NCBI GenBank assembly: GCA_050251055.1
Contig: JBFWNL010000009.1
Location: forward strand, 1 to 64,000
Source: Bacteriovoracia bacterium
GTDB taxonomy: Bacteria; Bdellovibrionota; UBA1018; JBFWNL01
Reading direction: 5' to 3'
DNA length: 64,000 nucleotides
A model generated the notes under the pieces. That model searched no databases. It was not told the DNA's origin and saw nothing but the letters and a program-made list of their open reading frames with translations. A program made the position numbers and the translations under genes. This document shows, one piece after another, positions 63,633-64,000 of the stretch (positions are counted from its first letter, which is position 1; the number at the start of each line of letters is the position of its first letter).

Positions 63633-64000
63633 ATGAAAACCGTAAATTGGATCCTGATCCTATCCGCCCTTACTCTCTCGGCGAGTGCCGCCCGGGCGGA
63701 TCACCGCTACGATAAATGGAAGGGCGTCGCCGAAGACATCGTCCTGGTAACGAACAACATGCTGCAAGGCGTGAAGAACGGCATTGAACCCGGTAAGATG
63801 TGCTACTACACCGGCCAACTCCATGACCGTCTCAAGGCGCTCTGGTGGCAAGCCGAGTACGCCCGCGACGCTGAGGAAATTTTCGTGCTCTCGAAACTCG
63901 TCGGTGCGAAATTCCCCGCCGACAGCATGCCCGGCTACATGGCGGCCAGCGTCCGCGAACAACGCAAAGCCCTTTGGGACTTGTTGCTCGAGCAAGAAAA
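63633..64000 (+). CDS. secreted hypothetical protein, runs off right edge
   Basis: GGAGG RBS; MKTVNWILILSALTLSASAARA signal peptide; frame open to the end of the window. Confidence 0.7.
   Translation, partial: MKTVNWILILSALTLSASAARADHRYDKWKGVAEDIVLVTNNMLQGVKNGIEPGKMCYYTGQLHDRLKALWWQAEYARDAEEIFVLSKLVGAKFPADSMPGYMAASVREQRKALWDLLLEQE

Noticed and set aside
63660-63995. 111-aa minus-strand ORF
   Set aside because: Shadow of the plus-strand secreted protein starting at 63633.

Overview
Bacterial chromosomal window, probably Bdellovibrionota. This is inferred from a TIGR02147/DUF4423-type gene, a 'GGGN'+HExxH secreted protein, an orphan giant pilin and many Cys-rich secreted proteins. From left to right: (1) an oxidative/metal stress region (SRPBCC-ArsR, secreted KatG, OxyR plus a decayed oxyR copy, DUF2239, OsmC, CsoR with an HMA/MauE gene); (2) a small stress cluster (two HPF-like proteins, Hsp20) and IS3 debris; (3) a ~21.3 kb integrative element at tRNA-Glu(TTC), bounded by the 14-bp repeat AATTGGCGTCCCCA (13730-13743 and 35063-35076), carrying two heavy-metal RND modules without a normal adaptor, a CDF, CopA, a complete IS3, xis/int and a HigBA-like module; (4) core-type genes, including an rsgA paralog with a leader-peptide attenuator, carbonic anhydrase, two diguanylate cyclases, GST, a histidine kinase and lexA; (5) a tightly coupled minus-strand operon at 54090-60830. 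The operon encodes a luciferase-like monooxygenase, a class-3 asparaginase-like hydrolase, an aminomuconate-semialdehyde dehydrogenase, both 2-aminophenol 1,6-dioxygenase subunits (alpha fused to a RidA deaminase) and KynB. It is the best candidate for an undescribed system: a possible kynureninase-independent tryptophan catabolic route via Baeyer-Villiger oxidation of kynurenine to 2-aminophenol plus aspartate. This pathway is a hypothesis. All calls come from reading motifs by eye; no database searches were run.
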